In this document: piece after piece, positions 11,543 through 21,865 of the stretch
How the letters are laid out: each line of letters begins with the position of its first letter
Numbering within the stretch: position 1 is the first letter of the stretch
Made by a program: the position numbers and the translations under genes
NCBI GenBank assembly: GCA_051546255.1
Contig: CP128816.1
Span: forward strand, 682,001-746,000
DNA length: 64,000 bases
Direction of reading: 5' to 3'
Source of the DNA: Meyerozyma guilliermondii
Taxonomy: Eukaryota
Notes under the pieces: model-generated
Seen by the model: only the letters and a program-made list of their open reading frames with translations
What the model was told of the DNA's origin: nothing
The model's database searches: none

Positions 11543-13068
11543 ATGGCTGGATGTAAGTGTATTCCCCACGTATTTGCACCACAAAAACTAACTCAGTTCG
11601 CCTTTTAGACTTGGTAAAGTTCTTTCTTCCTCTTCTTCCAGAAGTGGAACTTCCAGATGAGAGCGTCACCTTGGACGAAAAGATTGTTTTCACCGTTGCC
11701 AGCGGAATCATTTTCCTCTTCGGACAATTGCCTCTCTATGGCTTGGGTCCCGACGCCGCCATGAACATTCGAGATCCGTTCTACCTCTTTAGGTCGGTTT
11801 TCGCCATGGAAAAGGGAACATTGTTGGAGTTGGGATTGCTTCCCGTGATGACTTCGGCATTCTTGTGGCAGCTTGCCGCCGGGTTACGGTTGGTCAAAGT
11901 GAACTTGTCGCTTCGTTCCGAGCGTGAATTGTTTCAAACTGGCCAGAAATTGACCAGTTTCATCTTGGGTATTGTTTATACCGCAGGTTTGATTGCTAGT
12001 GGATATTTTGCCCCAGCATTGAGAAACCAAACCGGCTTCGAAGACTCATTTCCAGTCACCACCTATGTGTTTATCTTCTTGCAGGTGTTCGTTATGTCTG
12101 CTGTGATGACTTTACTTGTGGAAGTGTTTGATAAAGGTTATGGATTTGGCAGCGGTATCTTATGTTTCATTGCCCTTCAAGCTGCTAGCGATTTGGTGAA
12201 AAATATCATTGGTTTGGAAGTGGTCAAATTGGCCAACTCCAACAAGTTTGAAAGCGTGGGAGCTTTAATGAACCTTATCAGAAGTTTCAGCTTTAAAACT
12301 TTGGGAAAGAATATTTACAACTCGTTCAACAGAGAACATCTTCCTAATTTGACCCAGGTTTACATCACCATTGTTACTCTTTTGGTGGTTGTGGCTTTAC
12401 AAAACTTTAGAATCGAGTTACCCATTCGCTCAACCAGAGCCAGAGGCATGAACAATGTTTTCCCCATTCGTTTATTGTACACTGGTGCCCTTCCACTTGC
12501 TTTCGCCTACACCGTGTTGACCAATTTGCAAGTTTTGGGCTACATTGCGTCGCAATTGTTGGAAAGCTACAGCCCAGTGGCTTCTTCTGTGATTGGAAAA
12601 TGGACCATCGACTACAGATCGTCCAACTTGAAAGTTTCATCGGGAATCTTGTACTTTTTGTCTCCACCAACCTCGATTCTCAACACTCTCGTTTCTCCAC
12701 TCAAGACCGCTGCCTTCACATTTGTGGTGATCGTATTGTCTGCTTGGTTTGCCAACATCTGGAGTTCCATTTCTGGTTCATCGCCAAAGGATATCTCGAA
12801 GCAATTCAAGGAACAAGGTATTTCAATTGCTGGTAAAAGAGACATTTCTATCACCAAAGAATTGTCCAGAGTTATTCCCGTCGCTTCTGTAAGTGGAGCT
12901 ACCGTCTTGGGCCTAATTGCTGTAGCTGGAGAGGTGCTTGGAGGTGCTGGAAAAGGCGTGGGTACTATAATTGGAGTGTCGGCGGCTTTTGGTGTGTTGG
13001 AAGAATTCATGATGGAGTACCAACAAGCAGGTGGAAACTCCCAATTTTCGGGAGCATTTGGTCAATAG
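11543..13068 (+). CDS. SSH1: Sec61-paralog translocon subunit Ssh1; 2 exons (11543-11552, 11597-13068)
   Basis: Splicing gives MAGFRLLDLVKFFLPLLPEVELP...DEKIVFT (Ssh1-type N-terminus); SecY-family multi-TM protein with GTLLELG, KGYGFGSG, FPIRLLYTG. Confidence 0.9.
11553..11596 (+). other. 44-nt spliceosomal intron of SSH1
   Basis: GTAAGT donor, AACTAAC branch point at 11586, CAG acceptor at 11594-11596. Confidence 0.9.
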
Positions 13069-13155
13069 TCATAAAATGTACTCAGAAAAGGATGTAGAAT
13101 ATTGAAAAAAGTAGTGCGGGTTTCCGTATTAAACGGGAAACTCGGTATAGATTGC

Positions 13156-13161
13156 AAAAAA
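13156..13161 (-). terminator. Pol III T6 terminator
   Basis: Six-T run a few nt after the tRNA 3' end. Confidence 0.8.
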
Positions 13162-13164
13162 TAA

Positions 13165-13247
13165 TGACTCCGACGCGATTCGAACGCGTGCATCTTTACG
13201 ATAACAGAACTTGAGTCTGCCGCCTTAAACCACTCGGCCACAGAGCC
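13165..13247 (-). tRNA. tRNA-Leu(CAA), intronless
   Basis: Reverse complement GGCTCTGTGGCCGAGTGGTTTAAGGCGGCAGACT-CAA-GTTCTGT...GCGTTCGAATCGCGTCGGAGTCA folds as a cloverleaf with A/B boxes, a long variable arm and discriminator A. Confidence 0.95.
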
Positions 13248-13332
13248 ATTGCTGAAGAAAACAGGCGGGTGCGAGGTTATACCAGTGGCTTTCGTAATCT
13301 CTTCTTGCCACTCTCAGTTGCGATTACACCTA

Positions 13333-13941
13333 ATGGTACCTTCTCCAGGTTACAAGATAGTTCTTCTTGGAGACTCGTCTGTAGGGAAAACCTCCCTTGT
13401 ACATCGTTTTACAAACGGCTCGTTCAATGAAAACACGGCGAATACCATTGGAGCAGCATTTATAACCAAGAATTTCCCACTTTCAAACGACCCAAATCGT
13501 CATGTAAAACTAGAGATATGGGACACCGCTGGTCAGGAACGGTACAGATCGCTCACACCCATGTATTATCGCAGTGCCAGAGTTGCTTTGGTGTGCTTTG
13601 ATATGTCAGATATACAAAGTTCGTTTGAGCGAGTTCGATATTGGGTTGACCAAATGGAACTAAATTCATCAGAAACAGAAAAGAAAGTCATTGTCGTGGG
13701 AAATAAGAGCGATATGTACAAGGAAAGCGATTCAAATGAGCTAGCAACCATAGAAGCTTATTGTGAGGAACATCAACTTCAGCTATTCCAATGCAGTGCC
13801 AAAGATGGAAAGGGTGTCACCGAGCTTTTCACATATATTGTAGATAAGATTGACGATTCTTTCTTCCATGAAGCACATGACCAAACCGATGGCCGACAGA
13901 GAATTACTTTGTCAAGTGTGTCTAGTAGCAAGTGCTGCTGA
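13333..13941 (+). CDS. YPT10: Rab5-family GTPase, Ypt10-like
   Basis: LLGDSSVGKTS, TIGAAFITK, WDTAGQERY, GNKSD, CSAK and a C-terminal CC prenylation site; ATG at 13333. Paralog assignment (Ypt10 vs Ypt52/53) is from recall. Confidence 0.7.
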   Translation: MVPSPGYKIVLLGDSSVGKTSLVHRFTNGSFNENTANTIGAAFITKNFPLSNDPNRHVKLEIWDTAGQERYRSLTPMYYRSARVALVCFDMSDIQSSFERVRYWVDQMELNSSETEKKVIVVGNKSDMYKESDSNELATIEAYCEEHQLQLFQCSAKDGKGVTELFTYIVDKIDDSFFHEAHDQTDGRQRITLSSVSSSKCC

Positions 13942-13949
13942 GACAACCG

Positions 13950-14032
13950 CTTGTCATACTTGTCAAGGTCATAGCTTGTCAAAGTCATAGCTTATCAAAG
14001 ACATAGCTTGCCAAAGTCAAAGCTTGTCATAG
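13950..14032. repeat. 16-bp minisatellite, consensus CTTGTCAAAGTCATAG, 4 full copies plus partial copies
   Basis: Units at 13959, 13975, 13991 and 14007, each with 0-2 mismatches. Confidence 0.85.
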
Positions 14033-14119
14033 CTGCCATGCCATAGATTGCCCATACGTGCCAATAGTTATTTTTGTCTGACTATCTATCATTGACTTTA
14101 CTAATATCTACATCTAATA

Positions 14120-15886
14120 TTACAATTCAAGTCCCTTTTGTCTCCAGTAGTCCCTCTTGATGTTCTTGTCCAAATTGCTCTTTTGCTTGTCATCTTCATT
14201 CGTTTCTGATACCTCATCTGCTTCGTTTTCATTCTTAATACCCAATAACCCAGATATCTTCTCTTCGTTATCTTTGGCCAGGACCTCCTTCTTATTAGCG
14301 GTAAAGGTATCATCTTCACTATCGACAGTCATGTCTGAAAAATAGTACTTATCATTGCCATTGTGCCCGTCACTTTCATCATCGGTAATGGCTGGTGTAG
14401 GATCATCGGTCACCATTGCTTGGTTGACCACCATATGTCTTTCGTCATTAAAGTCTCTTTCCTTTCCTTTATACTTGATTATGTCTCCTAATATTGACTG
14501 ACCAATACGTGCTCTATAAGTAGCACTGTGTAGTTCGTAGCATTTGTCGATGAGAATCTGATAAGCTCCGCCAAATGCCTTTTTTACATCACGAAGATTG
14601 TAAGATGAACGAGATATGTTGTTCGATGGGTCAGAGGGGTCCTGGATAACGATCGAGAATGGATTCTTTGAAGCATTGAGTTCTGGATAATGTCTCTTCA
14701 ACAAGTATTTTGGCATATCGGTTCTCGAGTCAATGGCTAGTATCAAGTTGTCGTATGAAAAGTTTCTGCCATACAATTCAAAAAACTCAATTAAGAGAGA
14801 ACCCAAGTTGTCTAGTATGCTCATGTTCTCTGTGGCGACTCTTGGATGCAATTTGAGAAAATGATAGCAAAGAATGATGGTGGAATAACCCCCAAGACCA
14901 CCAACGTGAACATTATTGAGCCTCCGCGAGCGTAGAAATTGCTTCACAACTAGCACCAATTCACGAAGTCCCGGGGTGGAAGCTAACCATTCTCTGATTT
15001 TAATTGCAGCATCTATACCATTGCTTCTTTCAAAAGAAACATCAATGTGAATGTTGGAGTCAGGATCGACAAATTTAACGATAGGAACCTTTGCTTTGGC
15101 GATCACCTCGATGTTCTTTGCTAACTTTTTGCTACGCAAATGTGTTGAAAGCTGGTAAAGACGAGACCGCTGCTCTCTGTCTCCATCCCTGGAGATAACC
15201 ACCATATCTATATCGGAGCCAGGAAGATACAAATCTGTGGCACTGGAACCAAATACATGAACTTCAGTGTCGGGCCAAAACTTGGTTATGGTAGATTTTA
15301 GTCGTCCTATGACGTTGTTCCGTGTAGTTATCTCTAGTTTGGAAGGCGAAATATAGTTGACAAAGTCCTTGATTTCTAATGTGAGCCAATCGGCGATTTC
15401 TTGTTGCTTGGAATGATCTTGGTTCTTGATCCATGGATATAAAGACGAAGGTTCTTTGGCAATATGTCGATTTCCACTTTGATCGTCGCTGATAATGCCG
15501 TCATCTGAGTAGTCGTCGTACTTGTTCGCTTCTTCCTCGGACGAACTGAACCCGAACTCTATAAAATCTTGGTTCTTGGAAAGTTCATTATACTCCATCT
15601 TGCGTTTTTTTGATGCTGGTTGGTGGTTGTCACTATCAACTTTTCGTTTTTTAGTATCGGTTTCACTATTATTCTCGTCATTCTCGCTATCAGACTCGAC
15701 AACAATGTCGTCATCTGAGGAATCTACGAGTACAAGGTTCTCGTCCTTACGATTATGGTCAAATATTGCACTCGAGTCAGAGTCTGAGGATAGCACATCG
15801 TAGTTATTTTTTGACTCTACGAAGCCTGGTTTGGTCGTACTTGGCTTGGAGTTCTTGCCATTCTCCTTCTTGCGTTTATTTCCCAT
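14120..15886 (-). CDS. TRF4: TRAMP non-canonical poly(A) polymerase Trf4/Pap2
   Basis: VFGSSATDLYLPGSDID, KAKVPIVKF, LNNVHVGGLGGY, IQDPSDPSNNISRSS. Confidence 0.93.
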   Translation of the reverse strand: MGNKRKKENGKNSKPSTTKPGFVESKNNYDVLSSDSDSSAIFDHNRKDENLVLVDSSDDDIVVESDSENDENNSETDTKKRKVDSDNHQPASKKRKMEYNELSKNQDFIEFGFSSSEEEANKYDDYSDDGIISDDQSGNRHIAKEPSSLYPWIKNQDHSKQQEIADWLTLEIKDFVNYISPSKLEITTRNNVIGRLKSTITKFWPDTEVHVFGSSATDLYLPGSDIDMVVISRDGDREQRSRLYQLSTHLRSKKLAKNIEVIAKAKVPIVKFVDPDSNIHIDVSFERSNGIDAAIKIREWLASTPGLRELVLVVKQFLRSRRLNNVHVGGLGGYSTIILCYHFLKLHPRVATENMSILDNLGSLLIEFFELYGRNFSYDNLILAIDSRTDMPKYLLKRHYPELNASKNPFSIVIQDPSDPSNNISRSSYNLRDVKKAFGGAYQILIDKCYELHSATYRARIGQSILGDIIKYKGKERDFNDERHMVVNQAMVTDDPTPAITDDESDGHNGNDKYYFSDMTVDSEDDTFTANKKEVLAKDNEEKISGLLGIKNENEADEVSETNEDDKQKSNLDKNIKRDYWRQKGLEL

Positions 15887-15967
15887 TGGTGAAACAAATT
15901 ATTTGGTGATAATTGAGAGGCATCGAAAAATTTAGTCAGGTGACTTCAGCAGAGTAAAAAGAAGAAG

Positions 15968-17962
15968 TCAGTATATATTCGTACTACTACTCACATATAT
16001 AGCAACAGCTGTTGTAACGAGTATACTGAGCCATTGCATCAACTTCTTAAATGCTAAATTGAAAGTTGTAGCGACTTCCATGCCTAGAAATATTACCACT
16101 AGTAGTGTAGTAGTGGTGATGATAAAATGAGGTCGAACCAAACATAATGCTTGAAGTAGCAAAATGTCTATGATGTAGCTGAATGGTCCCAAATATGGTA
16201 CTCTGAGCGTAGACTTGCGCTGTGATATACTGCCAACTTCTTTCATGGTCAAATCGTGGATCTGGTCGTCGTCGCTTATTTCGTCGTCACTCTCGATTGT
16301 CCTTGAATCTGGGGCTAAGAACCATTCTCGCTTCATGGCTTCGAGATATTTGAGCACATCAGAAGATATCATTCTGGACGGGGTCTCTTCTTTTTCACTA
16401 TCCTTGATCATCGCATACACAAGCACTGCAAAATCATTCAAACATCCCGAAGGTTCAAGTTTGGCGTTTGCTTGAAACCACTGGTAAAATGTCTCACTTG
16501 TTAAGGAATAGTACCAATCGAGAATCTTTTGACGAATAATTTGTGGATCGGTCTCTTGCTCAATGAGATGTGAAAAAGGAAGCTGTCCCACGCATAACCA
16601 ACACAAGATAAGTCCCAAAGAATATATATCACTCTCATACGTGTGCCGGGGAGGAGCCTTGCTGACGTCTGGGCTGTTTTTAATAACTTCTGGGTCGTAA
16701 TTCGTGAATAGCCATAGCTCGGGTGCTGTGAATTCCAAAGTTCCGGTATTTCCTCTGCGTTCCTCGTCTTGAAAACGAAGCTTATCTTCGGTCACATCAT
16801 GCTTGTTTATAAACTTTCCTTCGCCAAAGTCAGACACCAAGATCTTGGGAAGTGAATCACAATAACTTTCCATCTCTTCGTGCGAAAGTAGTACTGGGAC
16901 AGTGGTATTTCCTGGATCATATTTTGTGTCTAGCAAGCAGTTTGATGGTTTCAAATCACGGTGAAGAATATTGTGGTGGTGGAGATAATTTACAGCAGTC
17001 GAAATATCTTTGAAGAATTTCCAAATCTCGAGTTCTGAAAGCCACAGCTTGTTCTTTGTGGTAGGTTCCTTTATACCATCACGAATACTTCTTCGACGAG
17101 CTCTTTCTCTATCTACTCGCTGTTTTGCCGTCAGTTCATATTCTTGCTGAAAATGCTGTTTCATGAGTTTTTCAAGATGTCCACCATCGCAATATTGTTG
17201 CAAGATAAAGACATAGGGAACCTTTGGACTGGAAGTGCCTAAATTTGTGCGGGCATCAGATGGAAGAAAAAACGTCTGCAGATCATCCATATCACCCATT
17301 TCTAGCCACACATGGTTATATCTGATCAAATTATGCTCGTATGCTCCTTTCACTGATAATTCGTACAAGATGAGTACTTCGTTTAAAACCTCTTCCAAAT
17401 ACTTTAGTTGGTTTCCCATACTAATTCGCTTGACAGCATACGTTCCTAGCACGATGTCATTGAGTACATGTATAACTTTGTAAACCTGGGCATGAGCTCC
17501 CAGTCCCAAAGTATAGGGTGGAACTTGCTTGAAAAATCGCTTGAAATAACCTTGATTAAACACATCATCAGGCAAAGATGCCACAGATGGCTCATCATCC
17601 GCAATTGGCATTGCCTTGTAGGGTAGTTTTTCCAACAACTTGAAATAATCATGATCCATGAAAGCTGAAGAAACTTGAGTTACCCCAGACAAAGTGGGAC
17701 GCAGCAAACGAATATCCGTATTTTGTGTTTGGGGGTCTCGATTATTCGAGTGACGTCTTGATGAAGACGACGGCTCCCAATTGAATCCACAATTAGGACA
17801 CGTCAATTCTGAGCTTCTGGATTGATCTGCAAAATCATTCTTGTCTGCCCGCAGAGTTGTGACAAGCTCGATGGAATTATTCTGGTTATTGTGGAGAACT
17901 AGTAGGCCACGATAAGGATCGTGTAGCACTATTTTATTATTCGTATAAGGAACAATAGACAT
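15968..17962 (-). CDS. IKS1: Ser/Thr protein kinase Iks1
   Basis: ATG 17962 (MSIVPY), CPNC motif, LG(S)GAHAQVYKV, YAVK, HRDLKPSNCLL, SDFGE, GNTGTLEFTAPE, hydrophobic C-terminus. Confidence 0.88.
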   Translation of the reverse strand: MSIVPYTNNKIVLHDPYRGLLVLHNNQNNSIELVTTLRADKNDFADQSRSSELTCPNCGFNWEPSSSSRRHSNNRDPQTQNTDIRLLRPTLSGVTQVSSAFMDHDYFKLLEKLPYKAMPIADDEPSVASLPDDVFNQGYFKRFFKQVPPYTLGLGAHAQVYKVIHVLNDIVLGTYAVKRISMGNQLKYLEEVLNEVLILYELSVKGAYEHNLIRYNHVWLEMGDMDDLQTFFLPSDARTNLGTSSPKVPYVFILQQYCDGGHLEKLMKQHFQQEYELTAKQRVDRERARRRSIRDGIKEPTTKNKLWLSELEIWKFFKDISTAVNYLHHHNILHRDLKPSNCLLDTKYDPGNTTVPVLLSHEEMESYCDSLPKILVSDFGEGKFINKHDVTEDKLRFQDEERRGNTGTLEFTAPELWLFTNYDPEVIKNSPDVSKAPPRHTYESDIYSLGLILCWLCVGQLPFSHLIEQETDPQIIRQKILDWYYSLTSETFYQWFQANAKLEPSGCLNDFAVLVYAMIKDSEKEETPSRMISSDVLKYLEAMKREWFLAPDSRTIESDDEISDDDQIHDLTMKEVGSISQRKSTLRVPYLGPFSYIIDILLLQALCLVRPHFIITTTTLLVVIFLGMEVATTFNLAFKKLMQWLSILVTTAVAIYVSSSTNIY

Positions 17963-18051
17963 ACGTGGAAATGTTCTAGCATAAAATGCACTACTTGTCA
18001 CGATGTTATCACCCCACACATCTCACATTGGGGTACTGTATATAACTATAC

Positions 18052-21000
18052 CTAGCAGCGTGGTTGACGAAGTTTATACATGAGGTCGATGAGTTTAGAC
18101 TCAAGCTGGAACCTACTAGTGTCTTCAAGATCACCAATGGGCATACTGGAGAACTCGATGAGCTTTGTTTCCAATTCGGCCAATTTTGTGTGAATAGTTG
18201 TTGGTTGACTTGGGCTCTCATTTTTCGCAGCCGGTTCCGGAACTGGAGTTCTTATCCGCTTTCTATCATTTTTTTCTGAACCATGCTCTGGGCTTTCTCT
18301 CTTGAGAGTCCTTGTGGGTGTTGGAATTGGTGATATCTCGGAGATGGTTGTGTAGCAGGGTGATGGAATGAGTGTGGCTTGAGGAGGCAGCGATGCTGAA
18401 GCTTGGGGAAGTGCAGAAACTTGGCGGAGTGGTGATGCTGAAGTTTGGGGAAGCGGAGAAGTAGCAGCAGAAACATAGCTATCAGTGTATCGCGACCTTG
18501 TAATCTTGATTTGTCCCATTGGACTCTTCGACTTTTTAGAGCCCCGTGCAGAGATCGAAGACAGTGGACTACTTTTCGCCAACTCTTCCTTGACAGGGGT
18601 ATTACTGGAGCTAGGCGTCTCACGGTATAGTTCGTCGTGATCTTGCAACCACGTTTCCTTGAGTTTGGGTAACATGGTCCACCGATTTTTGATATAAGGT
18701 TTAATGTCATGTTTGTGGTTGTAACATGTAACAAGCATTTCGTCAAGCATCTGAATGTCTTCCGAATCGGAAATATGAGAGAGGAGACCCTTCACTTTCT
18801 GTTTGAAATCAAAGAGCAAAAACCCTTTCAAAAAAGAAGACTTTGTCAAGAATTCTTCTCTAATCTCAAATACTTCCTTCACGAACTTTTCCTGAACGAG
18901 GAACTGTGTAAGCTCCAAGAAAGTATTATTGTCGCTTAACTTGTTGCAAATTAAATTGGGAATTGACTTTCGAAGATGATCATGCTCACTTTTCTGAACA
19001 GCTTTTAAATATGCTTTGAAAGCCGCTATAGTCCACGAGCCAATATTGCTTGCCTCTAGTGCTTGTTCGCGACTTTCCTCTGTAATGGTAGTAAGATTAG
19101 CAATTACCTTTTGAACGAGTTCGTCGCAGTCGTCATGACGATTCTTCAACATTTCGCTGAAGAGTGTTATTTCCGAAAGCTTTTTGTTTAAAACTTCTAG
19201 ACTTTCATCGGGCCGTTCTTCATTAATTTCCACGGCATCTTCACCTGCAAGCTGAGTAATATAATCGACCAATGCAACAACATCTTCTTCAGGCAATAAG
19301 CCTTCACATGTGCTAATAATATGATGAAATACGTTCACAGTGCCGTCGTCCTTTTTGATAGACTTGAGTAACTTAATGTCAAAGTTCAGTATAAGAACAC
19401 GAATGAGCTTTGTTGTAAAGAAATACAGTGGGTCCTGGTGCACAAAGTGGGATGCGGTGTTTAGGATCGAGCTCAAGTACCCCATTGTGGCATTCGAGAT
19501 TCGTACTTCTTTTCTCAATATTGGTTTGATAGAATCCAAAACCGTACCAAGCGCTTCTAATGCTTGCATTGGAGCTGTCTCGGATATGGCTCGTAAGGTA
19601 GGAAGAATTATATCAGCACTGCCGTGGATAGTTTGCCTACACAACGGACGAATTTCCGTAAAAAAAACGGGCTCTGTCGACAAACATCTCATGTCGTCTA
19701 AAGACTTGGGAACGCCAGCTGCATTCAGGTTAAGAAGCCTCTTGATCAACTTTATTCCGTATTGTTGTCTCCCTTGTGTACTATCCTTCCCATAATAAAG
19801 TGGTATGCAGACATCATGAATAATCTGTTTCCAAAACTCTTGAGCAAAATGTATTGGTAGAGGCTCAATTGGATTACCCAACGTGTAAATGATGCCCATA
19901 TAGATATTATGCAAAGCATTGAACGCTATCTTATCATCCGCAACATTTAGGTTTGTTAGTGGTCTAAGTAAGATCGCCATTTTTGTACTATTTGCAATAG
20001 GATCGTACTTTTCTTTGGTAGGTGATTTAGGACCCTTGATAGGTTTAAAAGCTTCTTGGCACAAGCTGTATGTCACGGCATTCCATGAAGAGAGAGCTAT
20101 CTCCCTTATCGATGTATCATCATACTCGAGACAATATTCATGTACCTTGATCAATTTCGTGAAGTAAGATGACTTTTCGTAGGACCTATCATTATTGCAA
20201 GTGAGAAGAATTAGGCTTGTCCAAAAATCCATTGCAAGTCTTACCTCACTCATATCAAGGAGTTTCTGAAGGGACATAACAACATGATCTATCATTAGGA
20301 TCTCCTTGTCAAACTCAAGATAGTTTGAAGCGAAGGTTGTGGCTGTCAGCGGAACCTTACTGTCTAGTAATTTTCGAATGGAAGGAACAACATTTTTGTA
20401 AGTCAGAAAGCTGCGAGCAGCTTCTAGCATGGTTAATGCTCCAATTGATGCATATTTGGCGTAAACTGGAGATGTGACGTCACACATCGTTAATAGTAAA
20501 CTCTCTAGCCATGGGGTTATATTTCCAGGCATCGAAAAAGTATGAGGAAAATTAACCAACAAGTTTTTCAACGCAACCATGCGCTCAACCACGAGAGAAG
20601 AGCTTTTAAAATTCTTCATTTTCAACAAGCCCTGCAAAATGAGATCGGGAAAATCGTTATCAAAGACCATACGTTTCCTGTGGGCATTGAAACGACACTC
20701 TTTGAGAATCAAAATATAAGGCATAATGAGTGATTTAGATATATCGGGTTTTGCAATCATTGATGCAGCATGAGAATAGTAAAATTGAGCAAGTTCAACG
20801 GAAAGTAACATGTTCAATTCTGGGGTGATTAGGATGAAGTTGGCCAACTTCAATGCCTGGTTGGCCACACGGGTGCTGAATGGGTCGTCATTTTGGTACG
20901 AGCTATCGCCGAATAGGTTACTTTCAATAGCAAGAATGTCTCTTTTGGCTATTCTAGCAATTGTCTCGACATATGACTGGGAAGATTGTGTCTTATTTCG

Positions 21001-21741
21001 TGGTGAATTCACTCCACCTCTTTTCTGCTCCTGCTTGTTTGTAAATAGCTTTACCACCGTGAGAGGTGGGTTCGTTTTGCAGATGTTATTGAGTGTAGCG
21101 TAAACTTCAAATTTTCGATCAAAGCTTTCATTTTGAAGAACATGCATACAGCCATCAACCAACTGCGATAGTTTAGTAGACAGCGGTGCTACTTGTACAA
21201 TGGATCCCGAGTGCCAGAACTCGACACTGTGTGGAGAAAAGGGGTCACTTTTGAGTTTTTCTGACCGTGGAGAGGGAGAGTTCAACACTGACTCGGGTTG
21301 AGGTTTGAGAATCGATTTCTTGGGAATTGAAGCACGAGGAGGAGAGCTCGGCAAGTCTGATACGAGCAAGTCGTCACTGAATGCAACGGTTTTCTTTTTG
21401 TGCGAGGAGTTCGAAGGGTACTTTTTGGAGACATTGGCTATTTCTCGATGAGATGAGCGTTTTATTGGCGATGAGTCAAGTTGCGATGAGGGTTCTTCAG
21501 CAGACTTTGCGGGAGAATCAGGGTCAATTAAGACCATGCTATTGTCCTGGAATATTGCTGGACCTTTTTCGTTGTCGTTGAAGCCAAAATTTCTGTGATC
21601 TGAATTGGATGTGTTTTTGGCAAAATGAATTGAATTCACAAAATTTCCGTTGGAGACGGTACGAATGCCATTTTCGAGATCTTCGTTGTGTGCGTGTTGG
21701 TTATGCAATGTAGATGGGGGAGAAGAGACCAGGGTTTCCAT
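18052..21741 (-). CDS. RIF1: Telomere/replication-timing regulator Rif1
   Basis: N-terminal KTVAF (RVxF-type) and KSILK PP1-docking motifs, FEVYATLN helical domain, SP-rich region, short C-terminal helical domain. Confidence 0.82.
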   Translation of the reverse strand: METLVSSPPSTLHNQHAHNEDLENGIRTVSNGNFVNSIHFAKNTSNSDHRNFGFNDNEKGPAIFQDNSMVLIDPDSPAKSAEEPSSQLDSSPIKRSSHREIANVSKKYPSNSSHKKKTVAFSDDLLVSDLPSSPPRASIPKKSILKPQPESVLNSPSPRSEKLKSDPFSPHSVEFWHSGSIVQVAPLSTKLSQLVDGCMHVLQNESFDRKFEVYATLNNICKTNPPLTVVKLFTNKQEQKRGGVNSPRNKTQSSQSYVETIARIAKRDILAIESNLFGDSSYQNDDPFSTRVANQALKLANFILITPELNMLLSVELAQFYYSHAASMIAKPDISKSLIMPYILILKECRFNAHRKRMVFDNDFPDLILQGLLKMKNFKSSSLVVERMVALKNLLVNFPHTFSMPGNITPWLESLLLTMCDVTSPVYAKYASIGALTMLEAARSFLTYKNVVPSIRKLLDSKVPLTATTFASNYLEFDKEILMIDHVVMSLQKLLDMSEVRLAMDFWTSLILLTCNNDRSYEKSSYFTKLIKVHEYCLEYDDTSIREIALSSWNAVTYSLCQEAFKPIKGPKSPTKEKYDPIANSTKMAILLRPLTNLNVADDKIAFNALHNIYMGIIYTLGNPIEPLPIHFAQEFWKQIIHDVCIPLYYGKDSTQGRQQYGIKLIKRLLNLNAAGVPKSLDDMRCLSTEPVFFTEIRPLCRQTIHGSADIILPTLRAISETAPMQALEALGTVLDSIKPILRKEVRISNATMGYLSSILNTASHFVHQDPLYFFTTKLIRVLILNFDIKLLKSIKKDDGTVNVFHHIISTCEGLLPEEDVVALVDYITQLAGEDAVEINEERPDESLEVLNKKLSEITLFSEMLKNRHDDCDELVQKVIANLTTITEESREQALEASNIGSWTIAAFKAYLKAVQKSEHDHLRKSIPNLICNKLSDNNTFLELTQFLVQEKFVKEVFEIREEFLTKSSFLKGFLLFDFKQKVKGLLSHISDSEDIQMLDEMLVTCYNHKHDIKPYIKNRWTMLPKLKETWLQDHDELYRETPSSSNTPVKEELAKSSPLSSISARGSKKSKSPMGQIKITRSRYTDSYVSAATSPLPQTSASPLRQVSALPQASASLPPQATLIPSPCYTTISEISPIPTPTRTLKRESPEHGSEKNDRKRIRTPVPEPAAKNESPSQPTTIHTKLAELETKLIEFSSMPIGDLEDTSRFQLESKLIDLMYKLRQPRC

Positions 21742-21764
21742 GGCATGTATATTAGGTTAGGTAT

Positions 21765-21770
21765 ACGCGT
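21765..21770. promoter_or_regulatory. MCB element (ACGCGT)
   Basis: Perfect ACGCGT 24 nt upstream of the RIF1 ATG, with further CGCG cores at ~21804-21823. Confidence 0.45.
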
Positions 21771-21865
21771 GGTCTGAGTAGCCGTAGATAAAAAGTTCAC
21801 AGACGCGCGACCCGAAGTCGCGAGGCTCGGCAGAATCTCACTAGCCGAGACCGCACAAATCGAGA

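Noticed and set aside
13165..13247. The CUG-decoding tRNA-Ser(CAG)
   Set aside because: Anticodon is CAA with U33 and discriminator A, i.e. ordinary Leu.
13950..14032. CRISPR-like array
   Set aside because: Units are contiguous without spacers, and the context is eukaryotic.
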